Source: Malacoraja senta
Lineage: Eukaryota
Assembly (NCBI GenBank): GCA_038087875.1
Contig: CM075999.1
Location: 4,404,001-4,468,000 of the forward strand
Length of the DNA stretch: 64,000 nucleotides
Direction: 5' to 3'
Shown: piece after piece, positions 52,241 to 64,000 of the stretch
How the letters are laid out: each line of letters opens with the position of its first letter
How positions within the stretch are numbered: position 1 is the stretch's first letter
Notes under the pieces: model-generated
The model's input: only the letters and a program-made list of their open reading frames with translations
The model's database searches: none
What the model was told of the DNA's origin: nothing
Position numbers and translations under genes: made by a program

Positions 52241-54338
52241 TCCCCAACACCCCCATAGCCCTCCTCCCCCACAGCCACCTCCACCACCCTCCCTCCCCCA
52301 CAGCCCCCCCCCACCTCCACATCCCCCCCTTCCCCACAACTCACACACCCCCCTCCCCCACCACCACCACATCCCCACCCCTTCCCACACCCCACATCCC
52401 CCCCACTAGTGGAAACATGCTCTCCACATCCACTCTATCAACCCTTTCACTATTCTGTGTTTCAATGAGACTCCCTTTCATTCTTCTAATGAATAGTGAG
52501 GATGTTCATGTTAAATTCTATCGGGTATTGTGTTCTTTTTTTATTCATATGGCTGTATGGTAATTCAAATCTTACTGTACCAATTGGTGCATGTGATAAT
52601 AAATGTCTCTTGAACTCTCTTAAACTCCAACGAGTACAGGCCCAGTGCCGACAAACGCTCATCGTAGGTTAACCTACTAATTCTTGGGATCATTCTTGTA
52701 TACCTCCTCTTGACCCTCTCCAGAGCCCACACATCCTTCCTATGCCCTATGGTGCCCAAAATATCAAGGATGCAAATCATTATATCCTTGGGATTTAATC
52801 AGCGTTCAATTTAACCAATTTCAGTTCTTCAATTCCTCACTCTCACCAGACACTTGATTCTTAATATAGTCAATATGTTTGTTGTGTCTTCTGTGAAGAC
52901 AGATGCAAAGCAATTCTCCCACCAATCTTACTCTCTCCGACTACATTCTATCTCTGTCCCGCCTACTCCCCTGGCATCAGTCTGATGGGTCTCGACCCGA
53001 AACATCACACGTTCCTTCTCTCCAGAGATGCTGCCTGTCCCGCTGAGTTACTCCAGCATTTTGTGTCTACCTTCGATGCAAAGCAATTGTTTACTTTCAC
53101 TGCCACATTCTTATTTCCCATTATAAATCCTATCTTCAGCCAGAATAGATCCACATTTGCCTTCACTTTTTACCTCCAAATAAATGTTCTTACAACCTGC
53201 TTTTGCATTACTCATCAGTCCATTGCAATACTCTTTATCAATTGTTTTTTCCTCTGATGCCTAGTTCTAAATTATACCAAATTCCCAGATTAACTGTTGT
53301 TTCTGGAAATTTGAGAGCCTTTTGTTTAGATTTAAATCTATCCTTAGTTTCTGATGTTGGTCATGGAAATGTTTTGTGTCCGAGAGGAAATATTTATTTT
53401 GAAACTTGTGCAATAATTCTTTAAATGCTAACCGTTTCCTGACCTGTCATCTTTAAATGTGTTCTCTCATTCAACCTTGGCCAACACTCCACTCATAACT
53501 TCATAGCGTTTCCTTTGTGTAGATTTAGGAAGGCTTCTTGCATTGAACCATGTCACTTTCATGCTCAATTTAAAATTATGCTCCTAGCACCCATGAACAA
53601 GAGCATCAATCCTTCTCATTGCAAGAGAAGGTCACCTATTAAACTAAAGGGTTTTGAATTTTAAATAATGCAAAAACATTATACATTTTATCCGGCTCTT
53701 TTATTGAGTGTTTCACAGGAGTAAATACACAAGTGTGATGGATGGGTAGTTGGTCAATTGGTTGACTTTTGGGAGAAAATTTAAATTGATGCATTTATGG
53801 AGAAAATTCCAAATATGCCAAAATTCTCAGAAGAAAAGTATGTAAAGAAATATAAACTATTTGACTCATGGGCCAGAGGACAGGATATGTGTTAGTTTGT
53901 AAGAAAGTCAATATTTTGTATTAATGCAGTATAAGAATATAATATCAAAAACTAACATTTTAAATAAATTCTACCTAAGAAAGACTTTACAGAATTAGAT
54001 TAATGCAAAAGGAAAACAAATGCAGTAGTGTACCTGCTGCTTCTCTCAATAATATTCAGAAATATTTGTAGACATTTTAGTAGAAAAATCTTAACTTTGT
54101 AAACCTGAGGGGTGAGAATATGAAACTTGCAGTGAATTGAGGTAAAGAAAAAATGCCGATACTTAAAACATTTTAATAAAAGCTTGAAAACATTTTAAGC
54201 ACTTTCACAGGAATGACTCTGGATGAAATGTTTTGTGCTGATGCAGACAAGATTAACATTGTCACATTTACAGCATACTTCCTGATTTGCTAACATTACT
54301 TTCTAAAGTTGAAGGTTCCTCTGTGGAGCAACCTTATA

Positions 54339-57300
54339 CAGTGCCCTCCATAATGTTTGGGACAAAGACCCATCATTTATTTATTTGCCTCTGTACTCCA
54401 CAATTTGAGATTTGTAATAGAAAAAAATCACATGTTGTTAAAGTGCACATTGTCAGATTTTAATAAAGGCCATTTTTATACATTTTGGTTTCACCATGTA
54501 GAAATAAACGAGTTCGGTATTACAACTGCGCATACCCAAGTCATGGGTCATTCGGGATAAACATCCTTGCCAGCTGAGTGTGTGCGGACCTGCGTATTCA
54601 TTTCAATGAGATTTATAAATAAATGTATCCATCAAATATGTCAGCAGTAGGCCACAGCATACTGCAGGCTGCACAAATCCACAACTGTATCTATTAAAAT
54701 TATTGACTCAATACAGCACCAGCCTTGAAAACGCAAGAATGCCTGGAACGAACCTGTCAATTATCAAATCCCTGGCATTAGCCCAAGTCCCAGCCATTCA
54801 AATTCGATATTGATTTACACGAATTACAAGTTGTGTGGTCAACCAATTTGAGACAGTCCATACATTCCTATCTAAACAATCTTCCTGGATTGAAGGAAAC
54901 GAGGAGAATGTGCTGTGTGCGAGGTAGGTTGGAAAGTTCAGATTGGATTCGAACAGGCTGGTTAAACTTTCAAAGTGGGTTGGCTTAAATAAAGATGCTG
55001 TCGCTTTAACCTCTGGGGTTGGTTCCAGTCTGTCAGGGCACACAGTTGGGAGCCGGGTCCGGGTGACCAGGCAGTGATAATTATGAGAATTTGCAGCCAT
55101 TTGAAGCGCAGCCAAACTCGAGGCTTCACTCAGTAGTGGGTCACAGCTCCCCAGCTGACGGGACCTGTTCTCGCTCTCTTTGAAGGAGGAGCCACCCGCC
55201 CCAGCGAGTGGGCAAACGCGGAGTCAACCCGTAATATGAGTGGGAGCATTTTCTCAGTGAGACTTTGTCAACAGTTGGGGTGGGGGATCTGGGAGAGATG
55301 GAACAGTTTAATAATGACCCATTAAATTCCGCCCTTCGGCAACCTGGGCTGATCTGATCTGACAGCCCTCTCACTGCGTGCCCAATCCTAACGCAGAACC
55401 TCCATAAAACCTTTGGGCTTTGGGTAACACCTGCACAAAGAGCCTCTGTTAACAAGGGCTGGCGAACTGTGCTGGTCAACGTGCACTGGGCGAGATGGCT
55501 GGGGCAAACGCACCGCAACCACCGCAAACTTGGAACAGCACAGACCCTCCACTCAATCTATCCAATACTAAAGGGCAGGCATTTCACAGTTAAACGTCTT
55601 ATATCGGATTGGCGGCTCCTTCACAGGGCCAACCCTGTACTCAGTTTTCCTCGGAGATGAATCTTTGCCAACGGTACATTCACACCGCCTGTAGGTAAAG
55701 CATCAGCCCACATCACACTGATACAGTCGCTGCCTACCTCAGACACAAATTATGAATAAAGATAAGAAAATGTTTCAAACACAAGTAATATTTTCTTATT
55801 CCAGTAGCAAACGCATTAAGGATTAAATGAAAATAATAAATTCTTTAACTTGTTGAACATCTCATAGTTGCAGATTAATGAACTGAACTAGAACTGGGAT
55901 GTGTAAGTCGTGTGTGAACAACAGAACAAGAAAGGAAGCTATTGAGTTGACAGAATTCTAGATTAATTCCTTGGTAGAGTAGTTAATAATTTATACAGTT
56001 TATACAGCGCTGCGTTTGCTATTGTTTAATCTGAATGACCTTTGACAAATCCCATAATTCCTTGCGTTTATCGAGATACCGAACTCGCTTATTACAGCAG
56101 TGTTTATACATAGTTCTCCCCATTCAGTGCACCATAATGTTTGGGATACAGCAATGTCATGTAAATAAAAGTAGTCATGTTTAGTATTTTGTTGCATATC
56201 CTTTGCATGCAATGACTGCTTGATGTCTGCGATTCATGAACATCACCAGTTGCTGGGTGTCTTCTCTGGTGACGCTCTGCCAGGCCTGAATTGCAGCCAT
56301 CTTTAGCCTATGCTTGTTTTGGGGCTAGTCCCCTTCAGTTTTCTCTTCAGCACATAAAAGGCATACTCAATTGGGTTCAGATCAGGTGATTGACTTGGCC
56401 ACTCAAGAATTGACCATTTTTTAGCTTTGAAAAACTCCTTTGTTGCTTTAGCAGTATGTTTGGGATCATTGCCTTGCTGTAGAATGAACCGCCGGCCAAT
56501 GAGTTTTGAGGCATTTGTTTGAACTTGAGCAGATAGGATGCGTCCATACACTTCAGCATTCATTATGCTACTACCACGAAGTTTAAGAATGAGGAGTAAG
56601 CCATTTAGAACGGAGACGAGGAAACACTTTTTTTCTCACAGAGTGGTGAGTCTGTGGAATTCTCTGCCTCAGAGGGCGGTGGAGGCAGGTTTTCTGGATG
56701 CTTTCAAGAGAGAGCTAGAGAGGGCTCTTAAAAATAGCGGAGTCAGGGGATATGGGGAGAAGGCAGGAACGGGGTACTGATTGGGGATGATCAGCCATGA
56801 TCACATTGAATGGCGGTGCTGGCTCAAAGGGCCAAATGGCCTACTCCTGCACCTATTGTCTATACCATCAGCAATTGTATCATCAATGAAGATAAGTGAG
56901 CCAGTACCTTCAGCAGCCATACATGCCCAGGCCATAACACCCCCACCACCATGTTTCACAGATGAGGTGGTATTCTAAGGATCTTGGACAGTTCCTTCTC
57001 TCCTCCATGCTCTTGCCATCACTCTGATATAAGTTAATCTTCGTCTCATCTATCCACAAGACCTTTTTCCAGAACTGTGGTTGCTCTTTTAAGTACTTCT
57101 TGGCAATCTGTAAACTGGCTATCTTATTTTTGCGGCTAACCAGTGGTTTGCATCTTGCAGTATAGCCTCTGTATTTCTGTTCATGAAGTCTTCTGCGGAC
57201 AGTGGTCATTGACAAGTCCACACCTGACACCTGAAGAGTGTTTCTGATCTGTCGGACAGGTGTTTAAGGATTTTTCTTTATAATAGAGAATTATTTTTCA

Positions 57301-57836
57301 TCAGCTGTGGAGGTCTTCCTTGGCCTGCCAGCCCCTTTGCGATTAGTAAGCTCACCAGTGCTCTCTTTCTTCTTAATGATGTTCCAGTTTGGCTCATGTC
57401 TCTAACAGTTTTACTCTTGTTTCTCAGGCTTATAATGGCTTCTTTGACTTTCATTGGCAGAACTTTGGTCCTCATGTTGATAAACAGCAATAACATTTTC
57501 CAAAGGTGATAGAAAGACTGGTGGAAAGACTAAGTGCTGAGAGCTCTCTCATACCTGCATTGAGGATGCATTTAAACTCACCTGAGCAATTACAAACACC
57601 TGTGAAGCCATGTGTCCCAAACACTACGGTGCCCTGAAATGGGGGGGACTATGTACAAACACAGCTGTAATTTCTACACGGTGAAACCAAAATGTATAAA
57701 AATGGCCTTTAATAAAATCTGACAATGTGCACTATAACCACATGTGATTTTTTTCTATTATAAATCTCAAATTGTGGAGTACAGAGGCAAATAAATAAAT
57801 GGTGGGTCTCTGTCCCAAACATTATGGAGGGCACTG
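54339..57836 (-). mobile_element. Full-length IR/DR Tc1 with TA TSD, decayed transposase and two nested insertions
   Basis: TA|CAGTGCCCTCC...GGAGGGCACTG|TA; WIDETKINL, QQGNDPKH, WPSQSPDLNPIE; CR1 tail at ~56578-56862. Confidence 0.95.
54506..56090. mobile_element. ISL2EU-like non-autonomous DNA element (15-bp TIR, AT duplication)
   Basis: AAACGAGTTCGGTAT ... ATACCGAACTCGCTT; empty site GAAATTACAG (Tc1 copy at 2591) becomes GAAAT[element]ATTACAG. Confidence 0.7.
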
Positions 57837-58099
57837 TAGCTGGAATAAAAATTCAAGAACAGTAATTGTCGAATTGTGAATTGGTGCTGACCAACATTTG
57901 TTAAAAGCTCTGTCATTCGGTTGTGCATTGAGAGATTTTTGAAAGGGCTGGGCAACGTGGCAAGTCTTTGTTGGCAACGTGGAACAATTATTCCTCTGAA
58001 CTGGGGTATCCCCCTCAAATCTTTCTCTGTTGCACCGACTAGTGCCTGAGTAGTCTACTTGTCGTGAGCCCCTGGTCCTCTCATCTCTCCCCACCTTTC

Positions 58100-58685
58100 C
58101 CTCCCATTCTCTGGCACTTCTCACTACAACTATAGGAGGTGTAACACCTGTCTCTTCCACTCTCTCGTGACTATTCTAGACCTTATAAGGCCTTTCAAGT
58201 AAGACAAAGGTGTATTTTCACATCTTCCAACCTAGTCCACTGCATTCAGTGGTGGTGACATGGCCTCCTTTACATTGAAGAAACCAAACCGTTTAGTCAG
58301 CTATTTAGTGGAGCACCTCTATTCTGTCTACAACAGTAATCTCAAAACATCATAGTAACTCCCCTTCACACTCTCATACAGACCCATCTATCCATGGCTT
58401 AATTACAACGGAGAGGCCAAACGCAACTTGGAAGAATAACATTCTGCTTGGATAGCTTATAACCCAATGCTATGAATATTGAATTTTACAATTGCAGGTA
58501 ACCCATACCCTCAGTGTTATCGCCTCCTCCTGTACTGCTGTATACTGGCTATATTCCTTTTCCCATCTGTCCTGATCCAAAATGTCCTCCTGCACGTTTT
58601 GCCTTCACTGATGCTGCTTTGATCTGCTGAGTTCTTCCAGCATTCTAGTTTTTGATCAAGATTCCAGCATTTGCAATCTCTTTGT
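58100..58685 (+). mobile_element. Highly degenerate Penelope 3' fragment
   Basis: YIEETK-like remnant plus decayed terminal repeat ...ctgctgagttcttccagcatt...cagcatttgca. Confidence 0.6.
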
Positions 58686-59190
58686 CTTCTAGGTTTAAGG
58701 TGAGAGGGTGGAAAAGTAAAGGGGATCTGACTGGGAAAGTTTTCCACACAGAGTGTTGAATACACAGGAGGCAGATATAATCCATGGCATTTAGGAGATA
58801 TCTAGGAAGGCACTTGAATAAGCAAGGCATAAAAGACCTAATAGCAGATAGGCACAGTGGTGGCATTGACATGGTGGGCTAAAAGGCCCATTTCTGAGCT
58901 GAATTACTTTGACTGGGATTTGTTGTAGAATCAGGTATAGGTCAGCATGTCCAGTGGTCACATGTTTAATTGTATTGCCAAGGGTCATGCGAGTAAAGGA
59001 AAACACAGAATACAAAGCAGAGCAGGAGGAAAGAAAAATGACAATAAAAGTATGCATGTTGTGGAATCTTAGCAGTTTTAACATCTGCTCCCACCTCATA
59101 TGGTTTCTTTATAAAAAAGATGCATCCTATCTCTTTCTTCAGGCACTGCCATCATTGATCAATCTTCCCTTAGGCCTCTCGCGGTTATTT

Positions 59191-59260
59191 CTATGATGGA
59201 GATGATTTCAACTCTTCATCTTTTGGCAGTTCTTGATTTTCTGCCAAGTGTAGTTTTTGT
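59191..59260 (-). CDS. CCDC28B: CCDC28B last coding exon (QKLHLAENQELPKDEELKSSPS*)
   Basis: QKLHLAEN motif; acceptor preceded by U12 branch point TCCTTGAC; TAG at 59191-59193. Confidence 0.9.
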
Positions 59261-60234
59261 CTTAATTTCTGTCAAGGATAATTTCTTCCTATCATAGAAA
59301 AATCATATACCTAAACCATTTAAACTCTTGCATGACCTCATTCCCCCACCTGTAAGTAGCTCAGTAGACAATCATAATTCCAGCTATGAAATAGAGCCAC
59401 AAGAATCAGCCTGGGACATTGATTTTCCTTCAGAAGGAACACAGCAATTGGTGTTAGAATTCTTGCGTGCAGGAAAATAAATATATTTCTTTAGGATTCT
59501 TATGCATGGTCATGACAAAGAGAATGTTTCTGGAGTAGCATGAATGTAAACATTAGTTGCGCAGTGGATTGAGAATCCCATATTGAACTTCTCGTCCATT
59601 GCCAGAGTGAGCTTCACATTCCATTTGGGTAGCTTACAACCCCACGGCATGAACATTGAATTCTCTCATTTTAAGTCAACTCTACCCCCCACCCCCCCAC
59701 CCCCATAAAGTATCTAAAATTATGAGAGGCACAGATAGGGTAGACAGTCAGAACCTTTTACCATGGTGGAAATGTCCAAGCAAGAGGGCTTAGCTCTAAG
59801 GTGAGCGGGACAAGGTGCCAGTGAGTGCCAGGTGTGATGATGGAGGCAGTACAATAGTGACATTTAACTTGCTTTTCGGCACTTGGATATGCAGGGAATG
59901 GAGATTAGTTTAACAGGCCTTTTCCATCGCTGTCTTAAAACATTATTCTCACCTGAATAATGTAGTCTAAACAGCATTTTGTACGGTTGCAATATGATGT
60001 CCCAACTTTTATATTCTATAAGCCAACCTATGATCCCTCCTTCGCCATCCTATATTGCCACTTTCACCAACATTCATTGGCACCCCACCATTTACAGTAA
60101 ATGTTCTTCCCCCTATTTAACTTCCCTAAATGCATCACCTCAGTCAGATTACATTTGATGTTCAGTTATGAGAAGAGACTGAAGTTTGTGTTTTTGCTTG
60201 TAACTGCTGTGGAAAACCTGATAGTTATGACAGG

Positions 60235-60651
60235 CATTTATAAGGCTCTGCAGAGAGTAGTGCGTTCAGCCGAACGCACTATGGGAACTACACTCACCCC
60301 CCTGCAGGACCTGTACACCAGGAGGTGCAGATCCAGAGCCAGCAAGATAATGAAGGACCCCTACCACCCCAGCAATGGACTGTTCCAGCTGCTAGGGTCA
60401 GGCAAGCGCCTCCGCTGTCACGCTGCGAAAACAGAGAGGATGAGACAGAGTTTCTTCGCATAGGCCATTAGAACTATAAACTCTAATCTCACCAGGGACT
60501 CATTTACTGTTGTGTCTTTTTTTCCCTAAAATGTAAATACTGGTTCTGTTCTGTTCTGTTGTTTTGCACAATCCGCTGGCATTGCCACTTTCATTTCACT
60601 GCACATCTTGTATGTGTATGTGACAAATAAAGTTGACTTGACTTGACTTGA
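60235..60651 (+). mobile_element. Rex1/Babar 3' fragment in the CCDC28B U12 intron
   Basis: KALQRVVRSAER, KDPYHPSNGLFQLL.SGKR; (GACTT)n tail. Confidence 0.88.
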
Positions 60652-60938
60652 AGAAAGGTTTCTCTATGCCTTAAGTGTTTGAGATCAGAGGATAGGTTTA
60701 CAGTGAGGAGTAAGAAGTTTGGAAGAGATCAGAGGAATTATATTTGCACCAAGGAATCTGGAACACTCTGCCTGAAAAGATGGAGGATGCTGATAATTTC
60801 ACTACATTTAAGAAGCATCTGGATGAGCACTTGAATGACCAAGATTTATAGTGGTAGGTATTTGAATATCAGCAGGGATGTGCTGTAAGTTTGTAACAGA
60901 TTAGATGAACATTAACAAAAATCATTGTAAAAGGATAC

Positions 60939-60961
60939 ATTGAGGTACTAAGCTCTTCCAA
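60939..60961 (-). CDS. CCDC28B: CCDC28B 23-bp exon (LEELSTSI) ending at U12-type donor
   Basis: tttacag|TTG GAA GAG CTT AGT ACC TCA AT|GTATCCTTT; homologous to CCDC28 LEDLSNSI. Confidence 0.9.
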
Positions 60962-62746
60962 CTGTAAATAGAAAACATATAATTAATACAGAGAAAAACA
61001 TAAAAAATGAATAGCACTCAAAGTAATCTCAATTTAATGCTGCCAGGTCCATAGTGTGACTATGGCTTCTCCAACTAAAATTGGGAAAACAATTTCAAAT
61101 CACACTTTTAGCACAGCTATTGCTCCTTTATTAACTTTCTCAAAAAAGCTCAATGAAGAGGTCTATAAACTCAGAGATTGTCCATTGGGAGACATGTGCC
61201 AAGACATTACTGCATAAAATACAACCGATGAACAGCTAGTCAAATGATCCAATCCATTCTTTCCCAGTGAGAGTGCAGTGCTGTACATTATTTTGTTGTT
61301 TAAAAGACGATCCACTTCTCACATTGGGGCCTTTGATCAGCAGCTCAGTACAGTACCACTGGCAAATATTATTCACAGGTCAGCACATTCCTGACTACTG
61401 ACGATACTCTGACCTATGGCTCTGCCCCCTACACTCAGCATCAAGTCCAAGGGAGGAGCTCGGAGCTAAGGAGGCGCCAGCTTAATCAGCATTGGTGAAC
61501 CACCCGGTGTGAGAATATTTGGTTGAATGAGTAATGCACAAATGTCACGCACACCCCCCCAAAGCCCAATCAGCCACCCTGCCCCAACCACACAACCCAA
61601 ACCTCTAGAAGTGGGTTACAGCTGTGGGCTTCATTTCCTCCATTTGGGCTCATTGGGAAAAACAGCAGGGTTGGATGGTGAGGGGGGGGGGGGGTCTAGA
61701 CATTTTTGCAGAGCATGAACTGACCTATTTGAAACTTTTTTTAAAAGGGCAATGGCTCTTAAGAATTCTCTACCCCAAAGAACTCTAGACACGTCATGAA
61801 TACATTCAAGGGAAAAGCTGGCACAACCTTGATCTTCAAATGGGTTAGGTCATGGCGAAGGGCTGGAAGTAGAGTATTGAGGCCAAGATTGGACCGACTG
61901 TTTTCTATTGAATCACGGTGCAGATCCTTATGTGCATTTACTGTAAGGCAGCAACGGAATCGTGATTCCATGTGCATTCTACAAGATGGTCTTATTGCTG
62001 GTTGTCTCAAAATATTAAATTTCAATACATCTGATTAATATCTGCATATCATTCTGCTAAATATAACCAGTTTCATGAATGCTTGATTTCACCCAGAATG
62101 GATTTCAAATTTCCTCCAGGTTCAATCCATTTAGTATTGCGGGTTGCTAAATCCTATGAGTAACATGAAATTCAATGTTGAAGCAAGAATAGGTTTATCT
62201 TCTGGGAATCCAGAGAATTACATTAAATCATCAAATTAATTTAACCTGTTGCTTGTAGCCATTTAAAGCATGTGGAAAAAATGCTCCTTTAAAAAAACAT
62301 ATTATTACGTGCAATATAGATCGAAGGCTAAATTCTGCATTAATTTTAAGAGGCAAAAACTCAATTTTGGAAAAGATGTGAACAAATATGCATATGTATG
62401 ACTCTGGAAAAATGAAGGAGTTGGGGTTATAGGGAGTCATAAGGGGCCGATAAATAATCTCAAACTGAAATAATTCCAATGTGATGTCATGGATGCATTT
62501 TTCTCCAACATCTATTAATTCTGTTGCTTCAGAGGTGTTATATTCCGGACGGCAGAATGAAGAACTAGACTTACACGCAGGTTGCCTGGATCACGAGAGA
62601 GAGATTTATTACCCATCATTCCTTGCTTATATTGAACACCAACTCATTAACATACACATGAATATGTATGAAAATATTAAAGGTTATGTTCAGCTATTGT
62701 CATTCTGCAGCATATACACCCTTACATCCAACATAAACATACTCAC

Positions 62747-62993
<247 letters not shown>

Positions 62994-63003
62994 TCAAATA
63001 CCA

Positions 63004-64000
63004 TGCCCTCCATAATCTTTGGGACAAACACCCATCATTTATTTATTTGCCTCTGTACTCCACAATTTGAGATTTGTAATAGAAAAAAAATCACATTTGG
63101 TTAAAGTGCACATTGTCAGATTTTAATAAAGGCCATTTTTATACATTTTGGTTGCACCATGTAGAAATGACAGCAGTGTTTATACATAGACCCCCATTTC
63201 AGGGCACCATAATGTTTGGGACACAGCAATGTCATGTAATTGAAAGTAGTTGTGTTTAGTATTTTGTTGCATATCCTTTGCATGCAATGACTGCTTGAAG
63301 TCTGTGATTCATGGACATCACCAGTGTCTTCTCTGGTGATGCTCGGCCAGGCCTGTATTGCAGCCATCTTTAGCTGATGCTTGTTTTGGGGACCAGTCCC
63401 CTTCAGTTTTCTCTTCAACATATAAAAGGCATGCTCAATTGGGTTCAGATCTTGTGATTGACTTGGCCACTCAAGAATTGACCATTTTTTTAGTTTTGAA
63501 AAACTCCTTTGTTGCTTTAGCAGTATGTTTGGGATCATTGTCACTGTAGAATGAACCACCGGCCAATGAGTTTTGAGGAGATAGGATGTGTCTATACACT
63601 TCAGAATTCATTATGCTACTACCATCAGCAGTTGTGTCATCAATGAAGATAAGTCAGCCAGTACCTTCAGCAGTCATACATGCCCAGGCCATAACACCCC
63701 CACCACTGTGTTTCACGGATGAGGTGGTATTCTTTGGATCTTGGGCAATTCCTTCTCTCCTCCATACTTTACTCTTGCCATCTCTCTGATATAAGTTAAT
63801 CTTCGTTTCATCTATCCACAAGACCTTTTTCCAGAACTGTGGTTGCTCTTTTAAGTACTTCTTGGCAATCTGTAAACTGGCTATCCTATTTTTGCGGCTA
63901 ACCAGTGGTTTGCATCTTGCAGTGTAGCCTCTGTATTTCTGTTCATGAAGTCTTCTGCGGACAGTGGTCATTGACAAGTCCACACCTGACACCTGAAGAG
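63004..64000 (-). mobile_element. IR/DR Tc1 copy in CCDC28B intron, runs off window end
   Basis: Same TIR; WIDETKINL, EWPSQSQDLNPIEH. Confidence 0.92.

Noticed and set aside
52400..52412. CTAG as 3' end of the third Helitron
   Set aside because: No preceding hairpin; the bases belong to a minus-strand CR1 fragment (FPLVG codons).
61759..62038. ORFs in CCDC28B intron as extra exon
   Set aside because: No CCDC28 similarity and the flanking exons already join in frame; possibly an old TE remnant, unassigned.

Overview
Repeat-rich, intron-rich vertebrate DNA, inferred to be a cartilaginous fish (skate/ray-like) from HE1-type V-SINEs and HER1/CR1 LINE tails. Two host genes lie on the minus strand. 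RBBP4 is represented by coding exons 1-11 (ATG at 44055; last exon not seen, probably left of the window) with a CpG-island/CCAAT promoter. CCDC28B is represented by its last three coding exons (62902 to TAG at 59191), with a U12-type intron and an apparent +1 frameshift in an A-run. The rest is mostly layered transposons: CR1, Rex1/Babar, L2 tails, Penelope (Neptune-like), IR/DR Tc1, non-autonomous Helitrons, and Harbinger-, ISL2EU- and hAT-like elements. Most notable: (1) a minimal hammerhead-ribozyme motif in the Penelope terminal repeat, also spread as ~200-bp fold-back units; (2) two inverted copies of a double-headed Helitron carrying a GC-box/TATA/Inr cassette, bracketing the RBBP4 promoter; (3) an inverted pair of ~3.4-kb young CR1s bracketing RBBP4 exons 2-9. 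All calls are by eye and TE boundaries are approximate unless a terminus is quoted.
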